Below, in pieces: positions 31,190-45,961 of a DNA stretch of 64,000 nucleotides. The stretch's first letter is position 1. Each line of letters begins with the position of its first letter. The notes beneath the pieces were generated by a model that did no database searches, was not told the DNA's origin, and saw only the letters and a list, made by a program, of their open reading frames with translations. The position numbers and the translations under genes were made by a program. Origin of the DNA: Eledone cirrhosa (Eukaryota); contig OZ024742.1 of NCBI GenBank assembly GCA_964016885.1, positions 258,726,001 through 258,790,000 on the forward strand, in the 5' to 3' direction.

Positions 31190-31272
31190 TACTCTCTGAT
31201 GATCTTCACTTTTCCATTGGAGGTCCCTTGGATTTCTAATGTTTTGTGAAGTGAAACCGATCGGTAAAAGCA
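31190..31272 (+). ncRNA. Hammerhead-like motif, weak stem I
   Basis: CTGATGA-CTTCAC..GTGAAG-GAAA-CCGATCGG-TA. Confidence 0.65.
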
Positions 31273-32122
31273 CTGGAGTAGGTAAATATTTAAATTATAT
31301 TTTTTAATTTATTTTTTTTTAAATTGTTTGAATTTTGGTTGTTCTGCTTATCTCAATATATATATGTATTTATAAATATATATCAAAGTTGTAATTAGAG
31401 AAATTCAACCAAACTTCATGAAGATGTGTTTATTAGTTCACAATTCTTTCAAAGAAACAGGTCAAAATTCAATCGATAAACGTACAACCCATCCATATTT
31501 AAATTAGTAGACTCACGGGTTATTCATAGACTTAAGGCTTATTACGACCAGAACCTTCTCTTCGGAATAAATAAACAAATTTAAGAATATGGCACTTAGG
31601 GACGATTTCATTAAGTTTGAAAAACGTATCAGTAATTTTACCTAAAGGAGACCACAGTGGGAATCATCCAGAATAGGTCCTAACATATCTTCTGTTAACA
31701 AATTCGGAATCAATATATCGGTAGCCATTACTATAGAACGTTTGAATATACGGGGAATAAATTGAAAATATCTTCTAATTTACACACACACTCACACGCA
31801 CACACACGCACACACACGCACACACACGCACACACACGCACACACATACACCCCCACACACACATACACATATATATATATATATATATAAAACAGAGAA
31901 TTTGTGCTAAGAAACCACATGGATATAACTAACCCACCAGTATTAGGATGGCGGTGATCAGCTGAACTCATCAATGGATAGAGTCCATATATGGGCATGC
32001 AGTCAAAGCAAAAAAAGCAGATGTATCAAATCAAACAATCCTAAAAATGTGTTGTTTTTCTTGTCTGTCACGGTGAGTGGTCAATGATTGTCGGATGCCA
32101 TGTAGATGGTTAAATTCATAAT

Positions 32123-32974
32123 CAGGGTGCGCAGGATATTTGTTCGTAAGATTGCTGTCTAGGAAAATATAAAACACAGTAGTTTTATTTTATAAGATAT
32201 ATTTATCAAACTTAGGTCATTTAGTCTTCATGACTTGTTCTCTCGATCTCACTCGTTAAACCCGCCATTGGCGTTGAGGACGGCCTCAAGGCGGCCTCGG
32301 AACCCGCTACAGGCGTTCGTCAATGTCCCTCGACTTAGACCCCTATTGCAGGTAGATCTGTTGGTGTCTGGTTCTACTGCGCCCCACACAAAGAAGTCGA
32401 GGGGGTTGCAGTTAGGCGAGCTGGGAGGCCAGATGTCAGGTGAAGTGTGGTCGACAAAGTTCTCTGACAGCCAGGCTTGGGTCATTTGGCTGGTATCGCA
32501 GGGCGCTGAGTTTTGTTGCCACACGTACGGCCTACCTGCAGCTACCTGGTCGATCCAGGGCTTTACTACCTCGCTCATAACGCGGATGTAGCCATCGGTG
32601 TTCAGCTTGAGGCCCTCAGGGAAGAAGTGAGGTGGCATGACGTCACCTTGACTGCTGACGACACCTAAGACTAATGTTGTCGCTGGAAACTTTGTCTGCA
32701 TGACTCTGGGCACGTCTTTGGATGAGACACGATTCTCCTGCTGACGCTGAGAAAGTCCGAAATTTCCTTATTTGTCCTCCCGGCGCGGATTCCAAGAACT
32801 CCGTGTCTCTTCCACAAATTTGGAGGTACAAAATTATTCATAATCAATTATTCTGAAAATAAATAATGGAAATATAGTCACTGTTTTCATGAAGACAAGA
32901 GTGACAACGGAAGCAAAAACAGTTTGCATAAAATTAGCAGTTGAAAATTACGAACAAATATCGTCCTCACCCTG
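32123..32974 (-). mobile_element. Internally deleted Tc1/mariner DD37D (maT) transposon
   Basis: TIRs CAGGGTG.G.A.GATATTTGTTCGTAA; TA after right TIR; ORF 32249-32713 WQQ[N]SAP...WPPSSPNCNPLD with 37 residues between 2nd and 3rd catalytic positions (2nd D mutated to N). Confidence 0.9.
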
Positions 32975-33383
32975 TATATATATATATAGATATTTACTGA
33001 AAATTTATTCTAATTTAACACACACACACACACATACACAGACATACACACACAAACACACACACAGACACATACAGACACAAACCCACACACATACATA
33101 TGTTAAATTATAAGACATTTTCAATTATTTCCCTGTGAGATCCTGTTCAACTCTAAATGACCCCCACTTGGGATTTCAGTTCGATTCCGTACAATGAAGA
33201 GCTCAAGGGGGTATTTCGAACGAATAGCGCGATATATATGGAAATCAACGGTAAATTCGATTCGGATTATATATATATATATACATTGTGATAAGTATTC
33301 CTAAAATGATAAATGTATACAAGAGTCAACATTTAAACAACAGCTCTCTCTCTCTCTCTCTCTCTCACTCTCTCTCTCTCTAC

Positions 33384-33416
<33 letters not shown>

Positions 33417-33859
33417 ATTGCCTCCTGTGTTTTGTTCTTTCACTTTCAACAGACGAAATATATAGTTTTTTTCATCTTTCTAAATAAGGTGATTAATCTC
33501 ATTTGCATATGAAGATGTTTAAGTTGGCTGAACTCATAATAGAATAGAATTAGAATTTCGTACTAACATGGCTGTATACAAATATGTATTGGGATTTCGT
33601 AGACGAAAAAACTATATATGTTAGCCTGTTTTCAAAGTCCAGCAGCTGCATGAGCAGGAGAGATTGTCCTGACGAAATCCAGTTGAGTTCGATGATTGTC
33701 ACACTTGCTATTGCTGGACACCGTTGGGTGGCGTTAGCTGCCAGTGCTATTCATATCTATAGCATTCTAATTGTTTATTTAAAAACATAACGTATTTCTT
33801 TCGAAATACGAAATTCAAATGAATATTTGTATACAGTATATATTTCAGCAGTAATGGGA

Positions 33860-34100
33860 ATTTCTGAAATTTGCAATTCATTATTGTATCTATGACTATC
33901 TTTCGTAATGATCTTTTATTTCTTTCATGTTTCAAAACAAGATTGATCATCCAATCGTATAGATATTCCAATTGTTGCAGCTTTGTTTTCAAAGATATAT
34001 CTAACTGGATTAATCCACATCCTCCTATCCTAGGGAGATATATTCTATCTGTATCTGCCTTAGGTTGATGCATACTGTACATGGTTAAGAATTTTCTCTA
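33860..34100 (-). mobile_element. R4/Dong-like LINE RT remnant
   Basis: HQPKADTDRIYLPRIGGCGLIQL resembles the HPKAD.DRLYLPR..GGRGL motif. Confidence 0.65.
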
Positions 34101-34109
34101 AGACTGGAA

Positions 34110-35030
34110 TGTATTCAGGCGCTCACGGCCCTCGACCAGTTGCAGAATGTGAACGGTGGAAGAGCGACGACGTACTTGGGGAAACTCTAGGCGTTGACGA
34201 AAATCAACTAGCCAATCTCTTCTGAAGAACTTTCGGGCCGGGGCCTATGGACAATTTCCAGAAATCCCTAGCCCGGCAGTGCTAACGAGGAGCTTTGCCA
34301 GTTCGGGATAAACTCTACAGGCACGGAAGTGCCGTGAGCCAGGCATGTCCGAGATGCACGCTGGGCGACGAAACCGTACTGCATGCACGCGTCCATTGTC
34401 CGAGCATTGCTGACTTCTGGGTTTATGTCGAACACCTGCTGTCGCTTGTAGAACGGATCCAACTATCAGCTGAGACCATCGTGAGGATTGCTCCGCCCTA
34501 CTCCTTCAGCCGAGAAGAGCAGGCAGTTTTTATCTATCTGTTGGACATGGAGAAGGAGATATTATGGTGGGCGCGTCTGAAAGGGCTGAAGACGAGCACT
34601 TACCTCTTCGGTGATGCCCTGATTAACTTTTTCAAATTTCATTTGTAAAGGAAAATCAGGATAGAGAGGGAAGTGCTCTCTTCCCAGCTTTTTGTTGATA
34701 GATGGGTGAGAGAGGCAAGAATGGCCCAAGTGAATGGACCTACTCTGAGTATATGCCTGTAAATTGAAGGTGGAAAACTGGGAGAGGACACTTTCCCTGG
34801 TGGTCAAGTTTACCGTTGCTTTTTTTAATCGGCTTTCTCCAGGATGGCCCTCGGAAGTCTCCCCCCTATTGGGGATTTTTTCATTGTTCTTTTTATTACA
34901 TCCTCTGTTTTCTTGTTTTTTTTACACGCAGAAATGCCCATTTGTAACGTCCTGTTTTGTCCTGTACTGTCCTTAATGTCTACTTTGTGTAAACACTTCT
35001 GGTTAATAAAGAAAGCATTATTATTATTAT
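34110..35030 (+). mobile_element. Tx1/L1-clade LINE 3' end
   Basis: PVRDKLYRHG...CPRC...ETVLHARVHC zinc knuckle; 3'UTR, AATAAA at ~35005, then (TTA)n/(TAG)n tail. Confidence 0.8.
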
Positions 35031-35106
<76 letters not shown>

Positions 35107-35140
35107 TGTTGTTGTTGTTGTAGTGGTAGTAGTAGTAGTA

Positions 35141-35228
<88 letters not shown>

Positions 35229-35230
35229 CA
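35030..35230 (+). repeat. (TAG)n microsatellite
   Basis: Direct inspection. Confidence 0.95.
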
Positions 35231-35393
35231 GTGGTGGTGGTTAAAGTTTACGCAAAGTATTTCAGCTTTCACCGTACATGCGATCATTTGAAACTGCGAA
35301 AATTTAATCTGTAGATGCAGAAGTAAATATCTCCCACAAATTCCGAACAATAATAAATATTTGGTCTACGGGTTTATATATACTTTATATAAT

Positions 35394-35471
<78 letters not shown>

Positions 35472-35482
35472 CACACACACAC

Positions 35483-35524
<42 letters not shown>

Positions 35525-35527
35525 TTG

Positions 35528-35574
<47 letters not shown>

Positions 35575-35639
35575 ATATGTATATATGTATACTTATAAAT
35601 ATGTATATATATATATATATATACATATATATATAAACT

Positions 35640-38230
35640 CACAACTCTTTCCTTCTTAAGGAACTTAATAACATTTATAAAAGAAACTATACCCTCCAGT
35701 ATAAACTTACTTAACCGAAAATCCCAGGCTATGGTTAAGGACTTGCATCTGGATAGATTTACCCACCCTTATGTACCTACAACCCAAGGCTTTTCTCTCA
35801 AGGATCACAACTTTACAGAGAACCCATCTATTAGACGTATAAGCCCAACCACATCTGACTTGGGTCATATTAGTAAGAACATACTTGATACGATCATCCC
35901 TGGGCAACGAGATGATATCACATACAAGCTGTGGTCCAAAACCGGCCAAGTCATGAGATGTTACTCCGATCTAAGGTCAAAGGAATCTATGAGGTTCCTC
36001 CAATTTGACATTGACAGCTATTACGCTTCAATAACCCCGGCACTGTTCAACAAAGCATTAACTCTAGCCAGCACCACTCTGACATAACCAATAATGAGAT
36101 TGACATCATACTTATGGCTAGGCAGACCATCATTGAATTCAACGGAGCACTCTGGACTAGAAAATACAGAACATACAACTTTAACACCACTATGAGCTCA
36201 AGTGACTCTGCGCAAATCACCGATTTAGTTGGAATTTACCTATTACATAACATCAGAGCTGAAATCCAACCCTTGCAAAGGCGGAATATATAGGGACGAC
36301 GCCCTATTTGCAGTCCACAATTGCACTAATCGAGGCATTGACTTGCTCAAAAAACAATTATATAGATTCTTTAAAAATAACGGTCTCTCTTTCACCATCG
36401 AGCCGAACCATAAAGTAATAAACTTCCTAGACGTTACCCTAGATCTTAACACTAACCTATATTACCCTTATCATAAACCAGGTAAATACTTACATATATT
36501 AGCCCACACTCTAACCACCCACCGACAGTCATCAGAGCAGTAATCAAATCTATCTCGTATAGGATCTCATGCTATCAGCAAATGAGGAGATATTTATAAA
36601 CCATTCGGCAAATTATAATAAGGCTCTTTCTGAATCTGGTTACGAACAGTCCATTTACTACATACCTAAATGCCATAAAACAGCACTTCACCACAACCAT
36701 AATAAACTTAACACTAGAACTAGAAATACCTTAGCATATAGCCAGATTCGCCGGAATTTTAGCAGTAACAGCACCTAAACAGGGAACACTAATGGTGGCA
36801 GTGGCCTACTTCCCACTCCAAGTAGCAAACTAAAAATCAACCCTAGAATAGGAATGAGCAATAGGATGACAAATAACAAATGCCCAGGTAATAATAACTC
36901 TATGAAGGCCCCTACCACCATCACTAGAACCCCTACAAGGAATAGGCCTAGAAATATCACCCGGCTTAACCCCCTATCCTCATCTAATCTAACCACTAAT
37001 ATCCCTAAACGCTTCTTCTCTATCCTATCTAAACATTTCCCCCAACCATAGATATTACAAACTCTTTAATAAAAACATTAAAATCTCATTCTCGGCAACA
37101 ACTAACCTAGCTAGCCACATCGCATTCAGTAACCATCTTAAACTAAGACAGTATAACTCCCACACCGCGGTACCACCACCCCCATCAAATACACCACTGC
37201 AACTGCAACTGCCGTTACCCTGATGCATGCGCACTAAATGGACATTGCCTGACACGCAATATAATTTATAGGTGCACAGTTAAAACTGCTACGCATACCA
37301 GCTCCTATATTGGCTCTACCTCTAACCCTTTTAAGGTACGCTATAACGCGCATTCTTTTTCATTCCAAGACCCTAACAACAGATGTTCGACATCTCTAGC
37401 TAGGCTCATTAAAAACCTTAAATTAACCAACATTGAACACTCACTAACATGGGATATCTTGGCTAGGGCCCAACCGTTCAATGGACGAAGAAACTCTTGT
37501 GACCTCTGTCTTACCGAAGCATATTACATAACTCTATCACGACCTCTACCGATTAAGGATAGAACTGAGGTAACTATTAGCTGTCAACATCGAAGGGCTA
37601 ATTCCTTCGCCAACAGAATATTTGACCCAACATAGTCACCTAGCCCCATTTTGCTTGTAGCTAATAAGTTAAATAGTTATAACTAAATTAGATAATTATA
37701 AGTTACCTCCCTTACATTGTCTCTCAATTAAAACATTAAAAAATTAACACTTCTTAACTGTAAAGTACCCACGATTTCTAATTTCTCGAGGAGTTATTTC
37801 GCCTGAAACCACCCTCTAATTAGTAAGGTAAATATGTCCATTGACAGCCATCTTGTTACCCATAGGCAGATCTTACACAATGCAGCCTTGACAGAAGAAT
37901 ACTGCTCGACTATGGCAGACAATAGATATACCCAGGACACCATAGTCAAATACCAATATATGGAACATTACATTCATGTGACATTCTTTCCTTATTTTAA
38001 TTTGTATTCCTTTTGAAGTTCCGATGAGCTGCTCTAACTGTACCTAAGTTAATTATTTTCAACTGAACCAGATCAATAATGATCTATAATCATTTGATCC
38101 AGAAACATTATATAGAGTAGCGAAACAATTGTATATGGACACTATTATTATTAATATTATTATTATTATTCTCTACATTCCTTTCATCAAACTAAAACTA
38201 TGTTGACAATCTTTTAATAATGTCTTCCTT
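35640..38230 (+). mobile_element. Degenerate Penelope-like element, CxCx5C (Hydra-type)
   Basis: Frameshifted RT (QFDIDSYY, GGIYRDD, NFLDVTLDL); EN CNCRYPDAC...IIYRC...YIGSTS; 3' HHR-like CCGATGA-GCTGCTCTA/TAGAGTAGC-GAAA-CAATTG-TA at 38021-38133. Confidence 0.9.
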
Positions 38231-38312
38231 GTGAAATTTGTGGTCTTGTTTTGCTTAACTAATGAATACATATATATATATATATATATATATATCGGTT
38301 TTAATATAGATG

Positions 38313-38363
38313 AGATTCTACAGGACTAGAACTGTTTCATTCTTTAGAAATCATCAGGAGTCT
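38313..38363 (-). ncRNA. Type I hammerhead, family D copy
   Basis: Same as 23883-23933 with one stem I change. Confidence 0.85.
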
Positions 38364-38849
38364 GGGTATCAAAAAATAAGTATGGTATTTATACAAGTGG
38401 TAGGAGAGGGTGGAGAGTGGGATGGGTGTAGGTCATTGGTTGATAGAAAAGGGAATTCATTAAAAGCTAATTCTACAAAGCTATAGTTTATTTTTATTTT
38501 TATTTTTATTTATTTTTGTTTTTAGAGTAACAAAGGCAGACAGAATTCTATAAACAGGTTCAGGATGGCATGCCATTCCTTATTATTAAGTTTCTCTTAA
38601 ACTAACAGGTGTCCATAAGATCAGTAGGGGGTCAGTCATGGTAGATAGATTTAAAGGAAAAGGGAGATTCTCTAAAAGCTAAATTCATTAAGGTTCTACT
38701 AAGTGACAAAGGTTTAGAGAATTCTGTAGACAAATTCAGAATATTAAGTGCATATCTTACAATTATCCTCAAATTACTCTTAAACTATTCAACTATATGC
38801 CAAAAAACAACAAACACATTCACAAGACACACTCACTCACGCACTAGAA

Positions 38850-40900
<2,051 letters not shown>

Positions 40901-41202
40901 TAGGAGGTGAGTTTTATTGTAGTACAATAAAGCAATGCAGATATCGGATAAGAAGCACTCTACAGTTTGTGGGACTGGAGTATGCATAATAAAATAATAA
41001 AAATAATAATGATTTCTGATGAATATTCAAAATGTCAAAAACAAATGTTATTGTTTTACGAGAAGATAGAATGAGGGTAATGAGTAAACGAGTATTATAG
41101 AGTGTATAATGCCCTTTAAAGTAAGGTAGATGGGTATATTTTAAAGAGGTGTATGTATATGTGCCTTTGAGAAAAGATTCTAAATTGATAAAGAATTGAA
41201 TA

Positions 41203-43385
41203 TTAACTGTATACTTTGTGAAAAGTTCTATGGAATTTATGCAGGCAGATAGAAAACAAATCTGAGCGTCTATTTATTATGGATTCTAGGTTAGAGATAA
41301 TGGTAAATTTTTCATTTAGGCAGAGATTACAGATTTTAGATAGAGAGCTGTTCAAGTATGAGGATGCAGAAGAAATCTTTTTCCAAAAGATGTTATATTT
41401 AATGTTTTTGTCTTTTAAGGACCATATGAGTTCTGAGAGAGCAGTGTTAGTTCTTTTAAGTTTGTATTTGAAAGATGAATGATGATTATAGAGACGAGCT
41501 TTAAAAGAGGTGGAAGTGGAGCCAAAATAGGTGAAGGAATTGGTGCTAGTTATAATTTTACATTCATAAATTAAGTTTTTATCGAGGCAATGGTTGTTGA
41601 GAGGACATTTATTTTTAATGCGGCAGTTGCAATTAGAGAGATTATTAATGAGTGATCTAGTGTTATCTATAGAAGGAATTGGATTGGAGAAGTTGTTTGC
41701 GATAGGAATAATAGGAATAATAGTTTCTTGATTTAGAGTTGGATTATGAACATTTAGCGAAGTTGTGTTTGACGTTGCATTTGGGTTTACAGAAGTTAGC
41801 CTAGGGTTTACAATGACGTCAGGAGTACTATTACTGTTATTATGAAATTCAATATTGGAAGGAAGAGATTTCGTATTTAATATTTTGTTGTTGTGTTTAG
41901 AGATGATGTTGGAAATATTGGAGGATGTAGAATACGAAAATTTGATGGTGTGTTTGTTAAATATGTTACTATAGATATGTGAGGGAGGGAAGCATTTATT
42001 TAAGGCACTAAAAAATAATTTAGGAATATTGTTATTAATAGAGATGGAGAAAGGAGCATTATACCAGATTATGTTTTTGTATCTAGGTCTTTTATTAAAA
42101 TTATTGGAATGGTTATGATTAAATATTCTACTGTAAGTTTTCCTAGAATTTGTTTCTTTATTATATTTGATTTTATCTGGATAGCCGGCTTTAGAAAGTG
42201 CGTTATTATAGTAATTGGCGTTAGCATCAAAGATGTTTTTATTAGAAGATATGTTAGATATTCTATTTCCAATATTATTAACTATAGCATTCTTGATATT
42301 GGTAGGATGGTTAGATTTAAAGTTAACATAATTAAGATTCTCATTGTTTTTATGGTAAGGGTAATATAGGCCAGTGTCAAGATTAAGAGATACATCCAAG
42401 AAATTAGCTAGTTTGATACTATTATCAAATTCAATTTTTAGGTTATGTTGGTTAAAGAGATTACGTATATTGTTCTTAATAATATTAAGTTTAACTATAT
42501 TGCAATTTAGGATAGTAAAGAGTCCATCGTCACGATAAATTCCACCGCGAAGTTGAGGAATTTTCCGACTCAAAGAGTTCAAAATGAAGATACCAATTAA
42601 ATCAGTCAATTGGGATGAATCGGATGCTCCCATTGTGATGTCGAAGTTGTTAGAGGTATCGGCTCTGGTCCAATATTCGTTGTTGAACTCTAGGATGGTT
42701 TTACGTGCGGTGAGGATGATGTGAAGTTCATCTGTGGTGATGTCAGAATATTTAAGTGCGAAAGATAGAGCATTATTGAGAAGTGAAGGCGAAATGGAGG
42801 AATAGTAGCTGGCAATATCGAATTGAATAAATTTTAGTTTGTTTTTATTATCCAATTTGTTGAACCAGCCAATCACTTCAGAAGTACCAAACCATAAATT
42901 TAGGTTTAAAGAAGAGCAATTAGAACTAACCTGTGGGATAATCCTATCCAAGATGGCTTTACTAACAACCCCCAGATCAGATTTAGAGGGGGCGATTAAT
43001 CTAACAGGTAGTTCAGTGCGAAAATTGTTTTTGTGATCTTTGAGATTTATCCTCGGAGTTCTTGGGAGGAATGGTTCGGTCTTTTTTTCAATGCCAAGTT
43101 TTGACATAATCTCATAGGCTTCAAGGTTTATGCATTCTAAATTTTCATGGTTGGTTTTACGATACTTTTTCCTAAGTTCCTTTAGGATAAGGTTGTTATA
43201 ATTATCCTTGGAAATACCATATAGGTTATTGGTTTTGTCAGAGTGGACTAAAACATTTTTTGAGGAATTTAGGTTAGAGATTGTGTTCTTGAGATTTACA
43301 AGGTGCTCTTGTCCTTTGTAAGGGTATCTCTTGAATTTAAGATTTTTTATAATTTTAGTTAATTCTTCCTCGAATTGATACAAAA
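41203..43385 (-). CDS. Penelope-like RT + GIY-YIG endonuclease (Hydra-type), 5'-truncated but uninterrupted
   Basis: FIQFDIASYY, MGASDS, GGIYRDDG, NFLDVSL, CNCRIKNKC (CxCx5C), LIYEC..YFGSTS..R..NH, CNLC; the first ~15 aa of the track ORF come from the inverted arm. Confidence 0.95.
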
Positions 43386-45440
43386 ACATAATCTGGTATA
43401 ATGCTCCTTTCTCCATCTCTATTAATAACAATATTCCTAAATTATTTTTTAGTGCCTTAAATAAATGCTTCCCTCCCTCACATATCTATAGTAACATATT
43501 TAACAAACACACCATCAAATTTTCGTATTCTACATCCTCCAATATTTCCAACATCATCTCTAAACACAACAACAAAATATTAAATACTAAATCTCTTCCT
43601 TCCAATATTGAATTTCATAATAACAGTAATAGTACTCCTGACGTCATTGTAAACCCTAGGCTAACTTCTGTAAACCCAAATGCAACGTCAAACACAACTT
43701 CGCTAAATGTTCATAATCCAACTCTAAATCAAGAAACTATTATTCCTATTATTCCTATCGCAAACAACTTCTCCAATCCAATTCCTTCTATAGATAACAC
43801 TAGATCACTCATTAATAATCTCTCTAATTGCAACTGCCGCATTAAAAATAAATGTCCTCTCAACAACCATTGCCTCGATAAAAACTTAATTTATGAATGT
43901 AAAATTATAACTAGCACCAATTCCTTCACCTATTTTGGCTCCACTTCCACCTCTTTTAAAGCTCGTCTCTATAATCATCATTCATCTTTCAAATACAAAC
44001 TTAAAAGAACTAACACTGCTCTCTCAGAACTCATATGGTCCTTAAAAGACAAAAACATTAAATATAACATCTTTTGGAAAAAGATTTCTTCTGCATCCTC
44101 ATACTTGAACAGCTCTCTATCTAAAATCTGTAATCTCTGCCTAAATGAAAAATTTACCATTATCTCTAACCTAGAATCCATAATAAATAGACGCTCAGAT
44201 TTGTTTTCTATCTGCCTGCATAAATTCCATAGAACTTTTCACAAAGTATACAGTTAATATTCAATTCTTTATCAATTTAGAATCTTTTCTCAAAGGCACA
44301 TATACATACACCTCTTTAAAATATACCCATCTACCTTACTTTAAAGGGCATTATACACTCTATAATACTCGTTTACTCATTACCCTCATTCTATCTTCTC
44401 GTAAAACAATAACATTTGTTTTTGACATTTTGAATATTCATCCGCAATCATTATTATTTTTTCTCTCTATCATAAATCTTTTTAATCTCAATTTCATCCT
44501 TAATTTATTATTATATATATTTTTTTTTTTTTTAATATATACTCATATATTCTTTAAAATATACCCATCTACCTTACTTTAAAGGGCATTATACACTCTA
44601 TAATACTCGTTTACTCATTACCCTCATTCTATCTTCTCGTTAAACAATAACATTTGTTTTTGACATTTTGAGTATTCATCCGCAATCATTAATCTCAATT
44701 TCATCCTTAATTTATTATTATTTTTTTCTCCCCATCAACGAACTCATTATTAATACATATGAATTCAATATACAAACTTTAACTTCACATTATTTTTCTC
44801 AAATCCTTCTACACATAAACTTTTTTTCTCTTTGCTAATTTTGAAATTCCCACAATACATACATTTCTTCTTTTGACGTTAGAATATTCACCCACAATTA
44901 TTATTTTTTTCTCTCTATCTTCATACATAATTTCCTTTCGTTAATTTTCAAATTCCTTTAATTTATACATTATCTTCCAACGGTTCCCAACCTCTCTATA
45001 TTAAAACATTATATCTTTTTCTCAGTTATAAAAACTATCTCTTTCTCTCTATCACCCATCTCTCCCTTTCCACCTTCACTCTCATCTCCTCCCCTTTTTT
45101 TCATCCTTTCCAACCCCCCCCCTCCCTAAATAAAATATTTTTTCCTCGCACATATCCTCCCTTCGTTAATTTTCAAAATTTTTAATTTATACAGTATCTT
45201 CCAACGGTTTTCAACCCCTCTATATAAAATATATCTCCTCTCAGTTATAAAAACTATCTCTTTCTCTCTATCACCCATCTCTCCCTCTCATCTCCTTCCC
45301 TTTTCATCCTTTTCTCCCCCCCCCCTCTCTAAATAAAATATTTTTCCCAATATCACACATCAATCTAAAACCACTTTTCATATGTTGATTTAAAACTGCA
45401 CTATCAACAAGTGTTTTTTAGCCTTCATATCATGTTCTCC

Positions 45441-45511
45441 TGTTTTATCTGATGAAAACGCAAATATTATTGTTTAATGATGTTTGTTTTTGAAATGCGC
45501 GTAATAAAATA
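45441..45511 (+). ncRNA. Type I hammerhead at 3' end of Hydra-type PLE
   Basis: TGTTTTAT-CTGATGA-AAAC..GTTTT-GAAA-TGCGCG-TA-ATAAAATA. Confidence 0.88.
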
Positions 45512-45635
45512 TATGGAACTCCTTTAACCATCTTTTGATCTTATATTATATATATATATATATACATACATATATATACACATATATACACACACACACA
45601 CATATATACATACATATGTACACACACACACACAC

Positions 45636-45708
<73 letters not shown>

Positions 45709-45775
45709 TACACCCATCCCACTTCCCACCCTCTCCTACCACTTGTATAAATACCATACTTATTTTTTGATACCC

Positions 45776-45826
45776 AGATTCCTGATGATTTCTAAAGAAT
45801 GAAACAGTTCTAGTCCTGTAGAATCT
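45776..45826 (+). ncRNA. Type I hammerhead, family D copy
   Basis: Identical to 23883-23933; degenerate relative (CTAATGA) at ~56548-56596. Confidence 0.9.
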
Positions 45827-45907
45827 CATCTATATTAAAACTTTATACTCTGCAATGTATTGAGTACATTACTTACTGTGGTTACCTCCGATTTAACTCG
45901 GAATAAC

Positions 45908-45960
<53 letters not shown>

Positions 45961-45961
<1 letters not shown>

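Larger units (their letters stand above)
41005..45545. mobile_element. Young PLE insertion with large inversion
   Basis: 43387-~44460 (+) is a near-identical inverted copy of ~41005-42073; plus arm continues through a duplicated 3'UTR to an HHR and (TA)n. Confidence 0.92.

Noticed and set aside
34844-35350. Poly-Val and poly-Tyr ORFs
   Set aside because: (TAG)n repeat
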